Assembly: GCA_963716395.1 (NCBI GenBank)
Contig: OY970309.1
Coordinates: 3,296,001 to 3,360,000, forward strand
From: an uncultured Fibrobacteria bacterium
Lineage (GTDB): Bacteria > Fibrobacterota > Fibrobacteria > UBA11236
Reading direction: 5' to 3'
DNA: 64,000 nt
The translations under genes were made by a program, and so were the position numbers. The notes under the pieces are model-generated. The model was not told where the DNA came from. It made no database searches and was given only the letters and a program-made list of their open reading frames with translations. Within the stretch, counting starts at the first letter, position 1; the number at the start of each line of letters is the position of its first letter. Positions 59,239 through 64,000 of this stretch are shown piece after piece.

Positions 59239-59939
59239 GCCGCATTCTCCTGATCGAAGACGATCGCAGCCTAGCCCTGGGCCTGGAATTCAATCTGCGA
59301 TCCGAAGGCTATGAAGTACGGGTATGCGCCGATGCCGAAAGCGCCTTGGAGGCCCTGGCTTCCGATCCCGAATTCGACCTCATTTTGCTGGACTGGATGC
59401 TGCCGGGACAGGACGGGTTGCAAACCCTGCGGCAACTGCGGGCCGGCAACAACCGCATTCCCGCCCTCCTGCTTACGGCCCGTGACGGCAAAGAGGATAT
59501 CATCGAAGGCCTGGATAGCGGGGCCGACGACTATCTCACCAAGCCCTTTGATCTGAACATCCTGATGGCCCGCATCCGCAATCTTCTGCGCAGCGGGTCC
59601 TGGCGGACGCCAGCCGGCGGCGCTCCCGACGAAGCGCGTTTCGACGCCGTGCACATCGACTTCAACGCGCTAACGGCCACGGTGCGCGGCAAAACCAGCC
59701 GGCTCACCTATAAGGAGGCGCAAATTCTCAAGCTGCTTTGGGAAAGGCGCAATCAAATCGTGACGCGCGAGGAGTTGCTGCAAAAAATCTGGGGCGTCAG
59801 CGGTTATATCCAAAGTCGCACGGTGGACAACCATATCGTGCAATTGCGAAAACTTTTGGAAGAAAACCCCAAACGCCCGAAGTACATCGCCTCCATCCAC
59901 GGGTCGGGCTACAAATTCGTAGCGCCCCCGAATCTCTGA
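59235..59939 (+). CDS. OmpR/PhoB family response regulator
   Basis: LIEDD, LDWMLP, GADDYLTKPF and RTVDNHIVQLRK. Confidence 0.94.
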   Translation: MSRILLIEDDRSLALGLEFNLRSEGYEVRVCADAESALEALASDPEFDLILLDWMLPGQDGLQTLRQLRAGNNRIPALLLTARDGKEDIIEGLDSGADDYLTKPFDLNILMARIRNLLRSGSWRTPAGGAPDEARFDAVHIDFNALTATVRGKTSRLTYKEAQILKLLWERRNQIVTREELLQKIWGVSGYIQSRTVDNHIVQLRKLLEENPKRPKYIASIHGSGYKFVAPPNL

Positions 59940-59988
59940 CGTACGCCAAGCCGTCGAATAACGCCGGGTCGTTTGCGAGACCGGACCT

Positions 59989-60741
59989 TCAGCGTCGGTG
60001 ACGCACCGGTTGCGGCGCGGGTTTTACCGTCCGCGGCAGAACTTCGTTTAACCGGCGGGTCAGGGTCGGTTCGCCCGGCGACCGTTGCAATCCGCGTCTC
60101 CAGGTCGCCACCGCATCGTCGGGGCGATGGAGTTTCCAATACACATTGCCCAGGTTGAAATAAGCGCTGAGAAAATCCGGGTCCAGAGTCAGCAGGTATT
60201 GGAACAAATCCCGGGCTTCTTGGTATTTGCCCAGGTTGAAGGCCACCACACCGGCCAGATTCAAGGTGTATTTGTCGCCGGGTTGCAGTTTGCGCGCTTC
60301 TTGCAGGTAATCACTGGCCGCGGCGTATTTTTGCTCCTGGTATAGCTTGTTGGCCAGATGGAACAAAGCAAAAGCGTAGTTCTGAGCGAACAGCGAATTG
60401 TCACCACCGAGGTGCGTGCAGATTTGATAGGCGTTGACGACCTCGGACCAGTCTTCGGCTTTGTCTTCGTCCAGCGCCTTTTTCTGCAAGCTGGTTTCCT
60501 GTAATACCAGCGCCAACCCGTAGCGCGCGTCAAACGAGAGCGGATCGACGTCAATTGCCTTTTCGAACAGGGTGCGGGCGCGATCGTAATCGCCGACGCG
60601 ATAGCAAGCCTTGGCGAGCTCCAAGTCGCTGCGGCAACCCGCCAGTAGCAAAACCGCCGCCCAAGCGCTCAGGCCGAAAATTGTCCTGCCGACGTGAGCC
60701 GGCGCAAGCCTCAACGCGTCCTCCTTGTCATAAATCATCAC
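59989..60741 (-). CDS. TPR repeat lipoprotein
   Basis: LAGC lipobox; several TPRs (AYFNLGNVY..A). Confidence 0.78.
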   Translation of the reverse strand: MMIYDKEDALRLAPAHVGRTIFGLSAWAAVLLLAGCRSDLELAKACYRVGDYDRARTLFEKAIDVDPLSFDARYGLALVLQETSLQKKALDEDKAEDWSEVVNAYQICTHLGGDNSLFAQNYAFALFHLANKLYQEQKYAAASDYLQEARKLQPGDKYTLNLAGVVAFNLGKYQEARDLFQYLLTLDPDFLSAYFNLGNVYWKLHRPDDAVATWRRGLQRSPGEPTLTRRLNEVLPRTVKPAPQPVRHRR

Positions 60742-62974
60742 GCCCCAAGGCTCGGCGCAACCGTTCCTCCCCGAGTCGGCGCTTATCCGCCGCTACCGCT
60801 GCAGTCGCAGCGTCGACAAAAGACTGGATTTCGGTGAAGCGCGCGAGCAGGCGCGTTTCGAATTCGCCGGAAGGCGCGCCCCAGCTCTCGATCACCTCTT
60901 GCATGAATCCCCGTTCGCAGCCGCCGCTCCAACCCGCACGCAAGGCAACACTTCCCAGCCGGGGTAATTCCGGAGCCGCCCACGATTTCGCCAGGCGAAT
61001 ACGGTGCCGCGCCCAGATCGCGACGGCGTCGCTGGGCATGGCCCAGAGCAGGCGGTGGGCGGTTTCCACATCTTGCCGTACCGGGCGCCGCTCTTTGACG
61101 GCGGCGATTTGCAAAAAGGCGGCGTAAGCCAACAGCGGATCTTCATGCGCTCCGGGCTCGCGGGGGGGCAGCGGAGTCGGCGACGCGTCCAGGGCCGGGA
61201 AAAGATCGAGTTCCAGCAGCAGAACTCCCACCAACAGCCCGATCACGCTTTCGTCAAAGGCCCCGCTGTGCGCGAAAGCATCGCCGGCTTCGTCCTCGCC
61301 CGCCGGCTCGTCCTGCCAAATGCGATCGCGGTAGCGGTATTGCACCTCTTCAAGATTGGGACGGAAACCGTAAACGGCCGACACCAGCGATTCCAGGGAG
61401 GCCAGAAATACCGTGGGACGGCCCACCAAAGCCGATTCCAATTGTTCCCAGGTCGCGGCCGGCAGCGGAAGCGGCCGGCGCACATCGTCGTTCTGCAGGA
61501 GCCGCATCAGCCTTCCCAGGCTGCGGCTGCCGGCGGGAGTCAACCCGAACGCCAAGGCGGTGTCGAGCGCGCGCACGCGCGCCAAAAGCGCGATGAAGGC
61601 CCGGAAGACCGGCGATTGCGAAGAAAAGTTGCGGCGCAGGCTTTGCAGAATTTCGTCCCACTCGCGCAATTGGGCGCGCGAGGGCGGATGGATGCTCGCG
61701 GCCGCGGGTTCAAAGGCCAACTCCGACTCGGCGCCCGAGGTCGGCTTGAGCACGGGGAAGGTGCCCGTTGCCATTTCGCGCGCGGCTTCGCCGGCGCGGC
61801 GGATGGCTTGCATATAGTCGAAGCGCGCCTGTTGCCGATCTTCGCGCGCACGCGCCGCCGAACGGCGCTCGGCCTGCAGCAAACCGTTGAAATGCCTGAG
61901 CAACGATTGGATCTGGTAATCCTTATGCATGTCCTGGCGTTGGATGCGGTGGATCATGGCGTCGCCCAAGGTGTTGATTCCCGCGGCGGCCTGCGTCGGC
62001 GATTGCACCAAGCGGGCGCCGCCGGCGCATACCAGTTCCAACGCCGAGAATTTCCGACCGTACAGCGCAAACCCTTCTTCGGAAAGCCGCGCCGGCAGCA
62101 ACACGGTAAGATCGGACCCGAACAGGCCCACGTTCTGCAGCCATTCGGCGAGATCGTCATGGTACAGGCCGCCCGGGTCCAGCACCAATTCGCGAATCAT
62201 GGAGAAGGTCGGATTTCCCACGCTGCGGTTGAACAGCACGGAACGCGCGGCCAAAAACACATCCAGCGGGCTGACCGTGAATTCCAGGCGGCCGGCTCCG
62301 GCCCGATTGAAGCGGGCGGCCAAATCCACGGTTTCCAGAAAAGTGGAAAGGCAGAGCGAGGGCGCTTCATGCATGCTGCCTAACAAGGGCAAACGCGCGG
62401 CCCGGGCCATGAAGCGCAGAAGATCGGCCATGCCGCGGCTGACCAGCGGTTCGCCGCCATGCAGCAATTGCAGAAAAAGTTCGGTTTGGCGGGGATCGAA
62501 GTGTTCGTCCTCACGCCGCGACGAGGTCAAACGCCGGGCCAAGGCGAAAAATCCGTTATGCTCCGAAGCCGTCACCAAGGTGCGCCGCGTATCATCGAGA
62601 TCGGCGGCCAGGCGCACCAGACCCAGAAAGGTTCCGGGATCGTAGTCACGGCGCGTGCCGACGAATTGGGTTTCGACTTCCATGATGAACTGGTGCGAGG
62701 GCGCTTCGAGGTGATCGGCGAATTGGGGCCGGCGCACCTGCAGAAATTTGTACACGTCATCGTCGAGACGCTGCCAGGTATCCGCCGATGCGAGGGCGGG
62801 CGAAACGTATTCAGGCATCATGCCGGGACGCATGAAGCTGCGACGACGGATACGGGGACCGGTGGCCATTCCCGCTTCCTGCGGGTCGAGTTGCACCGGT
62901 TCGGTCAATTCTTTATTGCTCTCGGCCGCAATGCGCCGGATCAAATCTTGGGTGTCTTTGACGCCGATTTGCAC
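60728..62974 (-). CDS. Large hypothetical protein
   Basis: 748-aa ORF overlapping the start of the TPR gene; no motif recognised. Confidence 0.6.
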   Translation of the reverse strand: MQIGVKDTQDLIRRIAAESNKELTEPVQLDPQEAGMATGPRIRRRSFMRPGMMPEYVSPALASADTWQRLDDDVYKFLQVRRPQFADHLEAPSHQFIMEVETQFVGTRRDYDPGTFLGLVRLAADLDDTRRTLVTASEHNGFFALARRLTSSRREDEHFDPRQTELFLQLLHGGEPLVSRGMADLLRFMARAARLPLLGSMHEAPSLCLSTFLETVDLAARFNRAGAGRLEFTVSPLDVFLAARSVLFNRSVGNPTFSMIRELVLDPGGLYHDDLAEWLQNVGLFGSDLTVLLPARLSEEGFALYGRKFSALELVCAGGARLVQSPTQAAAGINTLGDAMIHRIQRQDMHKDYQIQSLLRHFNGLLQAERRSAARAREDRQQARFDYMQAIRRAGEAAREMATGTFPVLKPTSGAESELAFEPAAASIHPPSRAQLREWDEILQSLRRNFSSQSPVFRAFIALLARVRALDTALAFGLTPAGSRSLGRLMRLLQNDDVRRPLPLPAATWEQLESALVGRPTVFLASLESLVSAVYGFRPNLEEVQYRYRDRIWQDEPAGEDEAGDAFAHSGAFDESVIGLLVGVLLLELDLFPALDASPTPLPPREPGAHEDPLLAYAAFLQIAAVKERRPVRQDVETAHRLLWAMPSDAVAIWARHRIRLAKSWAAPELPRLGSVALRAGWSGGCERGFMQEVIESWGAPSGEFETRLLARFTEIQSFVDAATAAVAADKRRLGEERLRRALGRDDL

Positions 62975-63147
62975 GATGATGGTTTCCGCTCTGGCTCCGA
63001 GCCCGGAGACAAATAGTAGCTGATTCCTGCGCCGCCTGCGATCCGCAAACCCGCGCGCACCGGGAAGTCCATGGAAACGCCGGGTTTAAGCGTCGTCTGA
63101 GAATGGTTAGCTTCTCCCCTCCGAATCGAGACACCCCGGCGCTGGCT

Positions 63148-64000
63148 ATGATCATTCCGCTGCATCCCCGGCTTTCCGACGTCGAAGAACGCGAACTCGT
63201 TGAAATCGCTGCCGAATTCGGCGTGCGCGTGCAACCGATTCATGGCACCGAACGCTCGATATACGCCCTGCTCGGCGACGAGACTTCGACGGAACTGATT
63301 AACCGCATCGAAGGTCTGGCTTATGTCGATCGCGTCGATCGCATCCAAGCCCCGTTCAAGTTGATGGCGCGCGAAAGCAAACTGGCGCAGCACCGCATCA
63401 CGATAGGCCGCCGGCGATTACCCGGCGATTTCGCCGTGGTGGCTGGCCCCTGCACCATCGATCCCAACAACAAAAACCTGTTCCTGGAAACCGCGCACGC
63501 GGCCAAGGAAGGCGGCGCCGACATGCTGCGCGGCGGCGTCTGGAAGCCGCGCACCTCTCCCCACTCCTTTCAGGGCGACGGCAAAAGTTTGGAAATCCTG
63601 CTCGAAGCCCGCATGCGCACGGGCCTTCCGGTCAACACCGAAGTCATGGACCATGAGCAGGCGAAGCTTTGCGTCGAGGCCGGCGTCGATTGCCTGCAAA
63701 TCGGAGCGCGCAGCGCGCTGAATTACCGCTTGTTGCAAGACGTCGGCCGCCTGACCAAGGACACTTCCATCCGGGTTCTGCTCAAACGCGGAATGCACAT
63801 GGGCCCGGTTTCGGAATTCATTCTCGCGGCCGAATATGTGGTGGCGCAGGGCAATCCCAACATCCTCTTGTGCCCCCGCGGAACCATGCCGCCGCTCGAA
63901 GGTTATCGCAATCATCCCGACGAAAGCATCACCCCCCTGCTCAAGGAAAAAACCTGGGCGCCGGTGGTGGTCGATCCTTCACACAGCGTAGGTAAGGCGG
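63148..64000 (+). CDS. aroF: DAHP synthase (type I-beta, N-terminal regulatory domain); runs off the window end
   Basis: Manually read from ATG at 63148: VVAGPC, LRGGVWKPRTSPHSFQG, QIGAR, LLKRG and VVVDPSHS. Confidence 0.9.
   Translation, partial: MIIPLHPRLSDVEERELVEIAAEFGVRVQPIHGTERSIYALLGDETSTELINRIEGLAYVDRVDRIQAPFKLMARESKLAQHRITIGRRRLPGDFAVVAGPCTIDPNNKNLFLETAHAAKEGGADMLRGGVWKPRTSPHSFQGDGKSLEILLEARMRTGLPVNTEVMDHEQAKLCVEAGVDCLQIGARSALNYRLLQDVGRLTKDTSIRVLLKRGMHMGPVSEFILAAEYVVAQGNPNILLCPRGTMPPLEGYRNHPDESITPLLKEKTWAPVVVDPSHSVGKA

Overview
GC-rich bacterial chromosomal window. The gene content is compatible with an FCB-group organism such as Fibrobacterota, but that is inference only. Most of it is housekeeping and accessory genes: aroD, a 2-oxoacid:ferredoxin oxidoreductase, smc, queA, hemE, GTP-dependent PEPCK, an RhlE-like helicase, DAHP synthase, two two-component systems, sugar and export ABC systems, MacAB-TolC, a nirK-cytochrome c/FGE-family/SCO cluster and a 10-gene type VI secretion cluster (tssK-L-M-A-B-C-hcp-E-F-G) with no tssJ, clpV, vgrG or PAAR. 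The most unusual structure is at 52744-53890. One intact tRNA-Asn(GTT) sits between two tandem arrays built from its own sequence. Upstream are three 84-bp units carrying the tRNA 5' part. Downstream are about 2.6 units of 340 bp, each pairing the tRNA 3' part with a small GIY-YIG nuclease ORF. In all five pseudo-tRNA copies, tRNA nt 29-34 (up to the wobble base) are replaced by the same 15-nt hairpin, TCCGCC-GCA-GGCGGA. A near-identical hairpin occurs alone in the T6SS cluster. A 52-bp MITE-like element with a TAA duplication is also present.
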